A stretch of 64,000 nt of DNA from Vicinamibacteria bacterium (GTDB taxonomy: Bacteria; Acidobacteriota; Vicinamibacteria; Vicinamibacterales; UBA8438). Positions 38,945 through 49,903 of this stretch are shown here, in pieces. Position 1 is the stretch's first letter. The number at the start of each line of letters is the position of its first letter. The notes below the pieces were generated by a model. That model did not search any database. It saw only the letters and a list, made by a program, of their open reading frames with translations, and was not told where the DNA came from. Location: positions 13,491-77,490 of the forward strand of contig CAUZIB010000009.1 of NCBI GenBank assembly GCA_963579735.1. The letters are read 5' to 3'. Both the position numbers and the translations under genes were made by a program.

Positions 38945-40283
38945 TCCCAAACGCCCGCATTTTCTTGTAGAGATTGCTTCGCTCGACCCCCAGCGCCTTG
39001 GCAGCACGGGAGATGTTGCCACGCTGGGCAACCAGCGCCGCGACGATGTAGTCTCGCTCGAAGCGCTCTCGCGCTTGATAGAGAGGCAGCGCATCGTCGG
39101 TCTGCGGCGGCACCACTGCCCGCGCCCCAGCCAAAAACTCAAGATCAGAAGCGGCAATGGTATCCCCCGGCACCATGATCGCCAATCGTTCCAGGACGTT
39201 GCGCAACTCGCGCACATTCCCGGGCCAGGGGTGGGCCTTGAGGACGGTCAACGCCGCATCGTCGAGCCGCTTGGCGCGGTGTCCGTATTCGTGCGCGAAC
39301 TCCGCGAAAAAATGACTCGCCAGCAGCGGAATGTCCTTGCGACGGTCCCGCAGCGGCGGGACGAAAATCGGGATGACGTTGAGCCGAAAATACAAATCTT
39401 CGCGAAACGTCCCGGCGCCAATCGATCCCCGGAGATCTTTGTTGGTTGCCGCCAGTACCCGCACGTCGACTCTTATTCCTTGCCGTCCGCCCAGCCGCTC
39501 CACGACCTGCTCTTGAAGCACTCGCAGCACCTTGGCCTGGGTCCTCAGACTCATGTCGGCGACCTCGTCAAGAAACAGCGTGCCACCGTCGGCGGCCTCG
39601 AACTTCCCCTCTCGGTCCGCAAACGCGCCGGTAAAGGCTCCCCTGGTGTAGCCAAACAGCTCGCTCTCGATCAGCTCTTCCGGAATGGCGGCACAGTTCA
39701 CTTCGACAAACGGTCCCGACGCGCGCCGACTCATGGCGTGTACGCTCCGCGCGACCAGCTCTTTTCCAGTGCCACTTTCGCCATGCACGAGCACTCTTCC
39801 ATTGGAGGGCGCCGCTTTCGCAATCTGTCCGCGCAGATATTCCATTGTCGGACTCTCGCCCACCATCACAAGACGACGGTCCATGTGAGCACGGAGCGCG
39901 CGATTCTCCGCTTCGAGACGGTGCTGCCGAAGAGCGTTTCGCGCGACAAGGAGCGTCTTTTCGAGCGACAACGGCTTCTCAACAAAGTCGAACGCGCCCA
40001 TCTTGATCGCGCGAACGGCTGATTCGACATTGCCGTGGCCGGAAATCATCACGACTTGCGCCTCCACACGACGATCTCGCAGTTTTTGGAGCGTCGCGAG
40101 TCCGTCGAGACAGGGCAACCAAATGTCGAGCACGATGACGTCGTAGTCACGGCGAATGACGCGTTCCAGGCAGGCCTCGCCACTGGCCACGGCATCGACC
40201 TGATAGCCCTCGTCCTGCAGAACGCCCGAAAGGGCCGACCGGACGCCGGCCTCGTCATCAACGATCAGAAACGACGCTTTCAT
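38853..40283 (-). CDS. Sigma-54-dependent response regulator (NtrC family)
   Basis: Receiver domain (LIVDDE...D...K), AAA+ domain with GESGTGKE and GAFTGA, and a C-terminal Fis-type HTH. Confidence 0.9.
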   Translation of the reverse strand: MKASFLIVDDEAGVRSALSGVLQDEGYQVDAVASGEACLERVIRRDYDVIVLDIWLPCLDGLATLQKLRDRRVEAQVVMISGHGNVESAVRAIKMGAFDFVEKPLSLEKTLLVARNALRQHRLEAENRALRAHMDRRLVMVGESPTMEYLRGQIAKAAPSNGRVLVHGESGTGKELVARSVHAMSRRASGPFVEVNCAAIPEELIESELFGYTRGAFTGAFADREGKFEAADGGTLFLDEVADMSLRTQAKVLRVLQEQVVERLGGRQGIRVDVRVLAATNKDLRGSIGAGTFREDLYFRLNVIPIFVPPLRDRRKDIPLLASHFFAEFAHEYGHRAKRLDDAALTVLKAHPWPGNVRELRNVLERLAIMVPGDTIAASDLEFLAGARAVVPPQTDDALPLYQARERFERDYIVAALVAQRGNISRAAKALGVERSNLYKKMRAFGIMSPRRVEVPDRTLDQGEPRSPGSAQRVLD

Positions 40284-42765
40284 CTTGTACTCTCACGTGG
40301 GAGCCCTCAGACAGCACGGGCAGCTCTATCGTGAAGGCCGTACCGCGCGGCGCATTGTCGCCGACATCGATACGACCTCCGTGTTCGGCGACGATCCTCC
40401 GCACGATCGCCAAGCCCAACCCGCTGCCCCGGGCTTTTGTCGAAAAATACGGCATGAACAACTTCTCGTGGTCAGTTTCCGCAATCCCCGGGCCGTTGTC
40501 TCGGACCGTGACGCGAACAACACCGGCCGGCGCATCGTGAATCGTTGAGACGCCGATCACACCGCGGTGTCCGTTTGTGCTGAACTGAAGATACTGCTGC
40601 AACGCATCCACCGCGTTGTCTACCAAATTCACGACAACCCGCCGGAGTTGCTCGGGGTCGATGAGAACACGCGGCAGGCTCGGGGACAACATGCACTCAA
40701 AGGCGATCCGGTCAAACCGCCCGTCGTAGCGCCCCAACGTTTCACCGAGCAACGTGTTCAAATCAGCCGCCACCATGCGCGGCGTCGGCATCCGCGCGAA
40801 TTGCGAAAACTCATCAACAAGCGTCTTGAGCGATTCGACCTCTGCCACAATAGTCTTTGTGCACTCGTCGACGAGCGCACGGGATTGTGGCGGCGCCGTC
40901 GCGAAGTGTCGTCGCACCCGTTCGGCACAGAGCTGGATTGGCGTCAACGGATTCTTGATCTCGTGAGCAAGGCGCCGAGCGACGTCCCGCCAGGTGGCCA
41001 CCCGTTGGGCTCGAATCAGCGGGGTCACATCATCAAACACCATCACGGTGCCATCCACCTCGCCGTGATCGCTGGGCAGCGTCGTCGCCGCCACCGCGAG
41101 GTGCACCTTACGTCCATTTTGGTCGAGCGCGACCTCTTGCGCGGTCTGGTGACCGGACTCCGCATGGGCCCCCACCAGGATCTCCGACAGTGAGTGAAGG
41201 TCGCCTTTGGAAAAAACGGTCGCGGCCGCCTGCCCGACGGCGGAATCGTCGAGCGACAACAATCGGCGTGCCGCTCGGTTTACCGTATTCACCCGTCCAT
41301 CGCTATCGGTCGAAACGACCCCCGTGGCGATCCGCTCGAGAATCGTTTCCATGTACTGGCGACGCTGGTCGATCTCCCGGCTCTTGCGCTCGAGGTCGTG
41401 ACGCGACCGCTCGAGTCGTCGTCGGCTCGTCGACAGCTCACTGGCCATCGTGTTGAACGCATCCACCAAGGTACCAAACTCGTCGGCGCTCTGAGGCTGA
41501 ATCCGGTAGTCCAAATGACCCGCACCGATCTCCCGCGCGCCGGCTGCCAACAGTTGTACCGGATGGGTGATCCGTTTGGCGACGTAGACCCCAAGCCAGG
41601 TCGCGCTGATGAGAATCATGAGGGTCAGCATCACAAAGAAGGACAGGTAGACGCCAGCCAGAGGCTGCCGGAGCACCTGCAGCTGGTTGTAGGCCTCGTA
41701 AGCGCCGCTGACCCGGCGAGAATGAAAAGCCACGCTTCCGGTCATCGCATCGCTGACCACGACGACGCCGATAGTCTCGCGACTGGAGGAATGACGAACA
41801 CTGGCGGCCACGCGGACGACCTCCGCCCCACCCGCCAGTATCTCGACTTGCCGCGCGTCCTCGCTCCCGGCGGCAACCCGAGCCGCCAAACGTTCCGCCG
41901 CCGCCTGCGAATAGCCCCCCGGTCCGCTGGCCATCGCCACTTCGACCAATGGCGCGACCTGGACCAGACCGGAACCGCCTGCGTCGCCTGGGACTGGGAG
42001 CGTCACGATATACACATCGACGCTTCCGACCAACCCCGCGGTCACCTCTGGCGTGATCACCTCACGCACCCGCGCGAGGTCGCGGTCGTCCAAACGCGGC
42101 CCCTGCAACGCATCGGCGATCCGTTGCGCGTGGTCACCGACCACACGCTCACGGCTCTGGTAGTAGTTGCGCGCAATCTCGTTCGCCGACGTCAACACGT
42201 CGTCGATCGGCGACGAAAACCATCGCTCAGCACTATTCCGAATCAACTCGCTCCCTACGATGAGTACGAGCACGGCCGGAATGACCGTCATGCCCAGTAA
42301 TGCGGCCACCAGTTTTGCGCGAAAACCCGCAAACGGCGCCGCCCGACGTCGTTCGACCCAGAGCTTGATGATGTTGCGGGCCAGGATGAACCCGAGAACG
42401 ACCAGCATCGTCAGGCAGCCGGCGGACAACGCGTATAGGACGACCTCGCCAAGATAGTCAGGGGACAGCTCCGTGGAGCGTTCGGCGACCCTGAGCAGTC
42501 CAAACAGAGCCGCGAGAAAGAGCATTATCCCCAGGAGAATCAGAATGGGGTTGTCCCGAAATGGACGACGGGACCGCGGCGCCATCGACGACGGGACCGC
42601 TCCTGGGTCGCCGCCCACGGCCTCCGGTGGGCCCGGCGTCTCGGTCGACGGCGGTACTCGTTGCTCGAAAATGTCCACTGTGCCCTCGTCGCCGCTATCG
42701 TGGCTGGCCGTCGGGGTCAGGACAAGCCCACTGCGCGACTCAGCCCAGCCGGGCGTGTTTCCCAC
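40258..42765 (-). CDS. NtrY-like sensor histidine kinase (TM, HAMP, PAS, HisKA, HATPase)
   Basis: H-box RLAHEIKNPLTPI, N/G boxes (DNGPGI, GSGLGLAIV), and N-terminal TM segments plus HAMP. ATG at 42585 is a possible alternative start. Confidence 0.85.
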   Translation of the reverse strand: MGNTPGWAESRSGLVLTPTASHDSGDEGTVDIFEQRVPPSTETPGPPEAVGGDPGAVPSSMAPRSRRPFRDNPILILLGIMLFLAALFGLLRVAERSTELSPDYLGEVVLYALSAGCLTMLVVLGFILARNIIKLWVERRRAAPFAGFRAKLVAALLGMTVIPAVLVLIVGSELIRNSAERWFSSPIDDVLTSANEIARNYYQSRERVVGDHAQRIADALQGPRLDDRDLARVREVITPEVTAGLVGSVDVYIVTLPVPGDAGGSGLVQVAPLVEVAMASGPGGYSQAAAERLAARVAAGSEDARQVEILAGGAEVVRVAASVRHSSSRETIGVVVVSDAMTGSVAFHSRRVSGAYEAYNQLQVLRQPLAGVYLSFFVMLTLMILISATWLGVYVAKRITHPVQLLAAGAREIGAGHLDYRIQPQSADEFGTLVDAFNTMASELSTSRRRLERSRHDLERKSREIDQRRQYMETILERIATGVVSTDSDGRVNTVNRAARRLLSLDDSAVGQAAATVFSKGDLHSLSEILVGAHAESGHQTAQEVALDQNGRKVHLAVAATTLPSDHGEVDGTVMVFDDVTPLIRAQRVATWRDVARRLAHEIKNPLTPIQLCAERVRRHFATAPPQSRALVDECTKTIVAEVESLKTLVDEFSQFARMPTPRMVAADLNTLLGETLGRYDGRFDRIAFECMLSPSLPRVLIDPEQLRRVVVNLVDNAVDALQQYLQFSTNGHRGVIGVSTIHDAPAGVVRVTVRDNGPGIAETDHEKLFMPYFSTKARGSGLGLAIVRRIVAEHGGRIDVGDNAPRGTAFTIELPVLSEGSHVRVQDESVVSDR

Positions 42766-42799
42766 CGTCTGTTTCTGACCCGTCGACGACGACTCGCGT

Positions 42800-43261
42800 T
42801 CACTTCTCTGTGACGTCGAGCAACCCCCGCAGCTCGGTCATGAACTCGCCGATATCTCGAAAGTGGCGATACACGGATGCAAACCGCACATAGGCGACTT
42901 TGTCCAGCGCCTTGAGCTCCGACATCAGAAATTCTCCGACCTCATCCGTGGAAATTTCTTTCTCTGCGCGGTCCTGGAGTGTCACTTCGATGCGGTCACC
43001 GATCTGCTCCAGGGTCGCCACGCTGACGGGACGCTTCTCACACGCTTTGAGCATGCCCGCGATAACTTTTTGGCGCTCGAACCGCTCGCGCGTTCCGTCC
43101 TTCTTGACCACCATGTACGGGATTTCATCCATCCGTTCGTAGCTGGTGAATCGACGTTCGCACGCGAGGCACTGACGGCGCCGGCGAATGACCTCTCCCT
43201 CCTTGCTCTCTCGGGAGTCGACCACCTTGTCCTTCAGGTGCCCACAAAACGGACACTTCAC
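42800..43261 (-). CDS. nrdR: Transcriptional repressor NrdR
   Basis: [22 protein letters not shown] zinc ribbon plus an ATP-cone. Confidence 0.95.
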   Translation of the reverse strand: MKCPFCGHLKDKVVDSRESKEGEVIRRRRQCLACERRFTSYERMDEIPYMVVKKDGTRERFERQKVIAGMLKACEKRPVSVATLEQIGDRIEVTLQDRAEKEISTDEVGEFLMSELKALDKVAYVRFASVYRHFRDIGEFMTELRGLLDVTEK

Positions 43262-44295
43262 GAGGAACTCCGAGAGATCTCGGGAGAAGGGGCCGGTGTA
43301 TCAGACAAAGCGAACACGGTGTTCATGCGGATCCCTTCTTGCGCCATCAACACCACACCCACCAGCGTCACCGGAACGAACGCGATGGCATGATTGATGA
43401 GCCCGGCGGCTACTGCCTGGCCCGCGCTGGCCCCGTACAGCGCGGTGGCCCCCAGCTGAAACGCCGCGTGGTAGCCTCCTGCGCCGCCGGGCGTCGGAAC
43501 CGACACGCCCAACGCGATCAACCCGGTCAACACGACGGCGCCGGCAACAGATACTTCGATCCCGAAAGCCACCGTTGCCGCCCAAATCCCGCTCGCAATC
43601 CCCAGCCACAGCACGATCGACAGCCCCATCGCCACAACCAACGTGCGCGGTTGTCGCACGACCGCCAGTCCGGAAAAGAACCGTTCCGAGAGTTCCAAGA
43701 CGACGCGCCGAGCGCGAAACGGCAGGATGCGAACGGCCCAGGCCACCCCGCGCATGGCCTGAGCCGGATTCTGAGCAACGAAGACCAGCGCCGCGGAGCC
43801 GATGACGCCGACAGTGCCGCTCAGCACGGCGGCCAGCCGGAGGGTGCTGAACATGTCGACGTCAGACATCGGGGGATGAAACAGTAGGACCGCAATGGCC
43901 AGCATGATCACAATAGCCAGCAAATCCAACACGCGCTCCACGACGATGGTCGCCAGTCCCGCCGAGGTGCTGATCGGGGCATGTCTCGCCAGGACCATAG
44001 GACGTAGCACTTCTCCTACCCGACCCGGGAGCAGCGTGTTGGCCGCGAACCCCATCACGGTGGCACGCCCCGCCGTGGTAAAACCCACACCTACCAACGG
44101 GCGCAACAGCCACCGCCACCGCTCGACTCGGATGCCATACGTGAGGATCGAGATTGAGACCGACGCTCCCAACAGACCAAGACGCGCCTGTCTAAAGGCG
44201 TCTCCAATCAGGTCGAGCTCCGCGTTTCGGAGGAAGAAAGCCATCAAGCCGACAGTTACACCCAGGATGAGGACGGTTTGAATGTAGCGCTTCAT
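43258..44295 (-). CDS. Flippase-like (UPF0104 / lysylphosphatidylglycerol-synthase TM region) membrane protein
   Basis: Eight or so TM segments. Family-typical [12 protein letters not shown] motif. 4-nt overlap with nrdR. Confidence 0.75.
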   Translation of the reverse strand: MKRYIQTVLILGVTVGLMAFFLRNAELDLIGDAFRQARLGLLGASVSISILTYGIRVERWRWLLRPLVGVGFTTAGRATVMGFAANTLLPGRVGEVLRPMVLARHAPISTSAGLATIVVERVLDLLAIVIMLAIAVLLFHPPMSDVDMFSTLRLAAVLSGTVGVIGSAALVFVAQNPAQAMRGVAWAVRILPFRARRVVLELSERFFSGLAVVRQPRTLVVAMGLSIVLWLGIASGIWAATVAFGIEVSVAGAVVLTGLIALGVSVPTPGGAGGYHAAFQLGATALYGASAGQAVAAGLINHAIAFVPVTLVGVVLMAQEGIRMNTVFALSDTPAPSPEISRSSS

Positions 44296-44331
44296 CGGTT
44301 ACGCGAGCACCGTGCGACGCGCGCTCGTCCG

Positions 44332-44390
44332 CTCGTGGACTGTCGCGAAGAAAAGTTACGCATGGTTCGAGCCGCAACGCCGCGCCGGCC
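44332..44390 (-). repeat. Dispersed conserved intergenic element, copy A
   Basis: 53/65 identity with copy B by hand alignment. 28-nt core GTAACTTTTCTTCGCGACAGTCCACGAG on the minus strand. Embedded in a 10-bp perfect stem (44335-44344 / 44405-44414). Confidence 0.8.
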
Positions 44391-44628
44391 AAACCGCTCT
44401 CCAAGACAGTCCACTCGTGCGGGCAGACCGACCGGGTGCCAGTCGAGTCACGAAGGACAATGTACTACAATGAACCCGCTGGACCCCGACCCAGCGGCTA
44501 CGGCGCGCGCTTGCGACGAGCCGGGTCACCCGGTAAGCTGTCTCGGTTCTGGTGGTCTGACTTTCTCGGAAGACCACTCGCCACCAACTACGACGACCTG
44601 CAACGACGTTCCGCGACGACCATCCGCC

Positions 44629-45549
44629 ATGACAACAGCCAAGCCAGTTCTCGAGACATTTCTAGACGGAGTGTCTGCCCATCGACGGGGAAAAGTTCGC
44701 GATTTGTACGAGGTCGACGAACACCTACTCATGATCGCGACGGATCGGATTTCGGCCTATGACTGTGTGCTGGGCTCGGCAATCCCGGACAAAGGTCGCG
44801 TCCTGAATCAGTTGTCGGCCTTCTGGTTCGACCGGACACGCGACATCGTGCCCAACCATATGGTGTCGATCGATTCGGCGACCTATCCAGCGTCGTTGCA
44901 GCCTCACGCGTCGCTGCTCGCCGGCCGGTCCATGCTCGTCCGCCGCACCGATCCGATCTTAATCGAGTGTGTCGCCCGCGGATATCTCGCCGGGTCGGGT
45001 TGGAAAGAGTATCGGGAAACCGGTGAGGTCTGCGGAATCGCGCTACCGGCCGGTCTCCGAGAGTCAGACCGCCTTCCCGAGCCCATCTTCACACCCGCCA
45101 CCAAGGCAGAAGACGGTCACGACATAAATATTAGCGAGGCGCAGGCGGCCGACCTGATAGGCGCCGACCTCGTCAAGACGTTGCGGACACTGACGCTCGC
45201 GCTGTATCGGCATGGCGCGGAGCACGCCGAATCGTGCGGCATCATCGTCGCCGACACGAAATTTGAGTTTGGTGTGTGTTCCGACGCGGAGACGAGCGCC
45301 GACGGTATCCTGTTGATCGACGAAGTCCTGACACCGGATTCATCGCGATTCTGGCCGGAGGACACCTATACGCCGGGTCGTGGCCAGGCGAGCTTTGACA
45401 AGCAGTTTGTTCGTGACTACCTCGACGATGTGACGTGGAACCGGCGCCCACCCGTGCCAGAACTCCCTCCGGCCGTGATCGAAAAAACGCGAGAAAAGTA
45501 TCTCGAGGCATTTCGACTGCTCTCCGGCCGGGAGCTCGCGACCGGTTGA
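44629..45549 (+). CDS. purC: Phosphoribosylaminoimidazole-succinocarboxamide synthase
   Basis: GKVRDLYEV...LLMIATDRISAYD and long-form PurC motifs. ATG at 44629; the longer ORF from 44278 is Arg/Pro-rich junk. Confidence 0.9.
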   Translation: MTTAKPVLETFLDGVSAHRRGKVRDLYEVDEHLLMIATDRISAYDCVLGSAIPDKGRVLNQLSAFWFDRTRDIVPNHMVSIDSATYPASLQPHASLLAGRSMLVRRTDPILIECVARGYLAGSGWKEYRETGEVCGIALPAGLRESDRLPEPIFTPATKAEDGHDINISEAQAADLIGADLVKTLRTLTLALYRHGAEHAESCGIIVADTKFEFGVCSDAETSADGILLIDEVLTPDSSRFWPEDTYTPGRGQASFDKQFVRDYLDDVTWNRRPPVPELPPAVIEKTREKYLEAFRLLSGRELATG

Positions 45550-45755
45550 ATAGAGAAAAAACTGCTCGATACCAGGCTTGCTCTAGCAAACAACTGAGCG
45601 TCCGCCGCGGTGGCCCAAATACGGCGACCGATGAAGTCACTACAGTAGGGCTCTCTCATCCGGCCGTCAGCCACGACCCGCCACTCAACTGGATGGCTTC
45701 TTACCTGTTTTCTTGGCCTGTTCGCCAAATTAGTCTTTCATCAACGTGACTTTTT

Positions 45756-45784
45756 TTGACGCGCCGTGACCTTATTAGTATACT
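45756..45784 (+). promoter_or_regulatory. Sigma-70 promoter of groES-groEL
   Basis: TTGACG (45756-45761), 17-nt spacer, TATACT (45779-45784). Confidence 0.75.
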
Positions 45785-45810
45785 TAGCAGTCATTCGGCC
45801 AGACTGCTAG
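45784..45810 (+). promoter_or_regulatory. CIRCE operator (HrcA binding site)
   Basis: TTAGCAGTC-N9-GACTGCTAG, a perfect 8-bp inverted repeat with CIRCE spacing (consensus TTAGCACTC-N9-GAGTGCTAA). It overlaps the -10 element. Confidence 0.8.
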
Positions 45811-45898
45811 TGCCCCGCAGTACCTATCAGAGTGGCCGCGGGACCCTTTTCGCGTCCCGTTTCTTGGTTGTATCTACTTCGAAGGGAGTTTGAGCTTC

Positions 45899-46198
45899 AT
45901 GGCTGTTAAGGTTCGCCCACTCCACGACCGCATCATCGTCGAGCGTCTCGAGGACTCATCGGAACAGGTCGTCGGCGGCATCATCATTCCGGACACCGCC
46001 AAAGAAAAACCACAGCAGGGAAAGGTTATCGCGGTTGGCAAAGGGAAGGTCAAGGAAGACGGCTCGGTCACGCCGCTAGACGTCCAAGCCGGCGACACCG
46101 TCCTGTTCGGGAAATATTCCGGTCAAGAGATCAAACTCGACGGTACCGAGTTCCTCATCATGCGCGAGGACGAGATCCTAGGCGTCGTCCAAGACTAA
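45899..46198 (+). CDS. groES: Co-chaperonin GroES
   Basis: [17 protein letters not shown]...[33 protein letters not shown] lies 10 nt upstream. Confidence 0.95.
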   Translation: MAVKVRPLHDRIIVERLEDSSEQVVGGIIIPDTAKEKPQQGKVIAVGKGKVKEDGSVTPLDVQAGDTVLFGKYSGQEIKLDGTEFLIMREDEILGVVQD

Positions 46199-46264
46199 CC
46201 GTCAACAACCCTCATCACGGACATAGCGTCGTAAGGCGCGGGCGCGCATCGCGCACTGGAGTAG

Positions 46265-47905
<1,641 letters not shown>

Positions 47906-47943
47906 AAAAGGAACGCACCCTTCACAAATAGGTGTGCTCTCAT

Positions 47944-47976
47944 GCCCGGTGGGTCTCGGCCCGCCGGGCATTTTTT
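47944..47976 (+). terminator. Intrinsic terminator after groEL
   Basis: GCCCGGTGGG-TCTCGG-CCCGCCGGGC (10-bp stem with one G-U pair) followed by ATTTTTTGTGT. Confidence 0.8.
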
Positions 47977-47985
47977 GTGTGAGAG

Positions 47986-49047
47986 CTACCGCAGGTTAAA
48001 AGACACCGCGATCTGTACGACGACGGCGACCGGCTCCCCGAACCGCGTGCCTGGCACCCATCGCCACAATCTAGCCGACTTGACCGCCTCTTCATCGAGG
48101 CCGAACACCGGGTCGAGAGACCTCGTCACGGTGATATCGCCGATCGACCCATCGGGAAGCACGACAACAGAAAGCCAGACTTCGCCCTGCACCTGCGCTC
48201 GCATCGCTTCGGCGGTGTACTGCGGGTCAACCATACGCAGGGGCTGCGGATTCTCGATGCCGGCGCCGGGACGATACACACCGCCCCCGACGCCGCCGCC
48301 CTCGCCTGGTCCAAGACCGGCCCCATCACCTGGCCCTATCCCGGTGCCGGTCCCCGTCCCGCCGCCACCGCCCGACCCGCTACCCTGCGACAGCATTTCC
48401 CGCGCTGCGTCGATGTGATCCATGACTCCCGGGAGGGACTCGAGAGCGGACGCCATCGTCACGGCCGGAATGTTCATGGCCTGTATCTCTTCCGGTTCCT
48501 GCTCCGGTTCCGGCTCAACAAAATCGGGCTCCACCTCGACTGGCACGCTGAGTTCCGATTCGTCAGAACCTTCAATTTCGACGGGTCTGGGCACTTCCAA
48601 GGACTCGTTCCCGCCGCCCCCTCCACCACCACCCGGTCCTTCTTCCGGAATCCAGACGATGCCATAGTTCTCGCGGTTCGGCTGCACGAGCTCGATCACG
48701 CGTTCGGGGGCCAGACTAATCAGCACGGCGACGATGAGAACAAACAAGACGTGGCTTGCCAAAGCCGCCGCCGCGGAGCGCCCCATCCGCTCTCGCGTCG
48801 CGCCGAGCGAGAACGCGATGTCTCGAGGCGCCAAGGTGTCAGGCAAAATCGAGAGCTCAGCAATCTGGGAGGGAGTGTCACCGGGAGCGAGGCGCGCGAC
48901 GGTTTCGGTTCGGCCGGGAGGGCGGGATGAGGGAGAGGGCTTGACCCGTTGCGTCGGCGGCGCCCGGCGTTGCCGCCGGCGCTGTTCGGCCGAGGCGTAC
49001 GTGCCGCGCTTTCCGTCGAATCGAACGTGACCCAGGTCGAGACTCAT
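47986..49047 (-). CDS. tonB: Energy transducer TonB
   Basis: Single N-terminal TM segment, Glu/Pro- and unusually Gly-rich linker, and a TonB C-terminal domain (YTAEAMRAQVQGEVWLSVVVLPDGSIGDITV...LDEEAVKSARLWRW). Confidence 0.8.
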   Translation of the reverse strand: MSLDLGHVRFDGKRGTYASAEQRRRQRRAPPTQRVKPSPSSRPPGRTETVARLAPGDTPSQIAELSILPDTLAPRDIAFSLGATRERMGRSAAAALASHVLFVLIVAVLISLAPERVIELVQPNRENYGIVWIPEEGPGGGGGGGGNESLEVPRPVEIEGSDESELSVPVEVEPDFVEPEPEQEPEEIQAMNIPAVTMASALESLPGVMDHIDAAREMLSQGSGSGGGGGTGTGTGIGPGDGAGLGPGEGGGVGGGVYRPGAGIENPQPLRMVDPQYTAEAMRAQVQGEVWLSVVVLPDGSIGDITVTRSLDPVFGLDEEAVKSARLWRWVPGTRFGEPVAVVVQIAVSFNLR

Positions 49048-49090
49048 AGCCGGTTACGGTAACGGCGATTCAACGCCAGCTCCTGTCCCT

Positions 49091-49555
49091 TTAGACGCGT
49101 CCAGCCCATGCCCCAATCGCAGCGTTTCCGCCGCCATACGAATGAAAGAGCGCAAGCGCGTCAGCGGCTCTCGATTCGCTGTCGACCGCAACGAGCACAC
49201 CGCCTCGCTCCGTCAAGGTTTGAAAAATGAAGCCGTCATGTTTCTGGAACCCTACGCGATTGATCGTCGCGGCGACGCCAGTTTTGCCGAGACCATCATC
49301 AATCCCTTGCAGGGCGCTCACCAATGGCCCTAAAGCAATCACCGTACCAAGTCCACGACTCTCAAACACCGACGGGTCTGTGTCGAATGTGCTCGTGATC
49401 AGGGACTCGACATCATCGGCCTTCTTCGCCAGGACGGAGACCTGGCCGCTATCGAACCGCTGTCCCTGAAGCGCTTCTAGACCACGTGTCGCCCAATCGA
49501 CATCCTGAAACACGCAGATCGTAAAGCAGCGAGGTTCGGCATCAGCAACGTCCAT
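49091..49555 (-). CDS. Hypothetical protein, general-stress-protein-17M-like
   Basis: ATG at 49555 is preceded by GAGAGGA. Two repeated alpha/beta modules (VFQDVDWATRGLEALQ..., GGVLVAVDSESRAADALALF). ATG at 49720 is the alternative start. Confidence 0.5.
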   Translation of the reverse strand: MDVADAEPRCFTICVFQDVDWATRGLEALQGQRFDSGQVSVLAKKADDVESLITSTFDTDPSVFESRGLGTVIALGPLVSALQGIDDGLGKTGVAATINRVGFQKHDGFIFQTLTERGGVLVAVDSESRAADALALFHSYGGGNAAIGAWAGRV

Positions 49556-49735
49556 CACGTGTCCTCTCGTCCGGTCATCTGAAAATTGTTCACTGTCCAC
49601 AGCACGGGACAGTTGTGGTCTTGCGTAGCCCGCGCATGCGCCGCAACCGGGTTTCGCAGTATGTAGGCAGTCTACCGGCTGCTTGCGTCGCTTGGCAAAA
49701 AGTTGACTTGGCGACGCCATTCTGGGGCGAGTCTG

Positions 49736-49795
49736 CTAGCGGACGGTCGCGGAGAAAAGTTACCCATGATTCGAGCGGCAAACGCCACACCAGCC
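49736..49795 (-). repeat. Dispersed conserved intergenic element, copy B
   Basis: See copy A. The core GTAACTTTTCTCCGCGACCGTCCGCTAG ends 15 nt before the ATG at 49720. Confidence 0.8.
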
Positions 49796-49903
49796 GGGCA
49801 ATACGCGGTGCCTCGGCCAAGCGCATGGGGTGTCATCAGCGTTATGGTGCTCTTCTCGATATACGGATTTTTCGAAGGTCTTGGACGTTGTGACAAAGCA
49901 GTA

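Noticed and set aside
44375-44395. Sigma-54 promoter as the explanation for the dispersed element (tempting because an NtrC-family activator is encoded in the operon downstream of copy A)
   Set aside because: Copy B has GG-N10-GC spacing (CTGGTGTGGCGTTTGCC), but with TGGTGT instead of TGGCAC. Copy A has GG-N9-GC (one nucleotide short), and copy C lacks this part altogether. Sigma-54 spacing is strict, so this cannot explain all copies.
44440-44628. Purine or ZTP (pfl) riboswitch in the purC leader
   Set aside because: Hairpins are present, but I could not find the conserved cores (no ACUGGCG...CCGGGAG...CCGCCUGGGC arrangement, no purine three-way junction motif). It is kept only as a generic structured-leader observation.
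44278-44628. N-terminally extended PurC (ORF opens at 44278; ATG at 44362 lies inside element copy A behind GAAG)
   Set aside because: The extra 89-117 aa are Arg/Pro/Thr-rich low-complexity sequence. Conserved PurC sequence starts right after the ATG at 44629.
49736-49800. tRNA-Sec (selC) or another tRNA downstream of selB, prompted by T-loop-like GATTCGAGCGG / GGTTCGAGCC in element copies B and A
   Set aside because: There are no complementary T-stem, acceptor or anticodon arms, and no UCA anticodon loop. The same sequence recurs upstream of unrelated genes.
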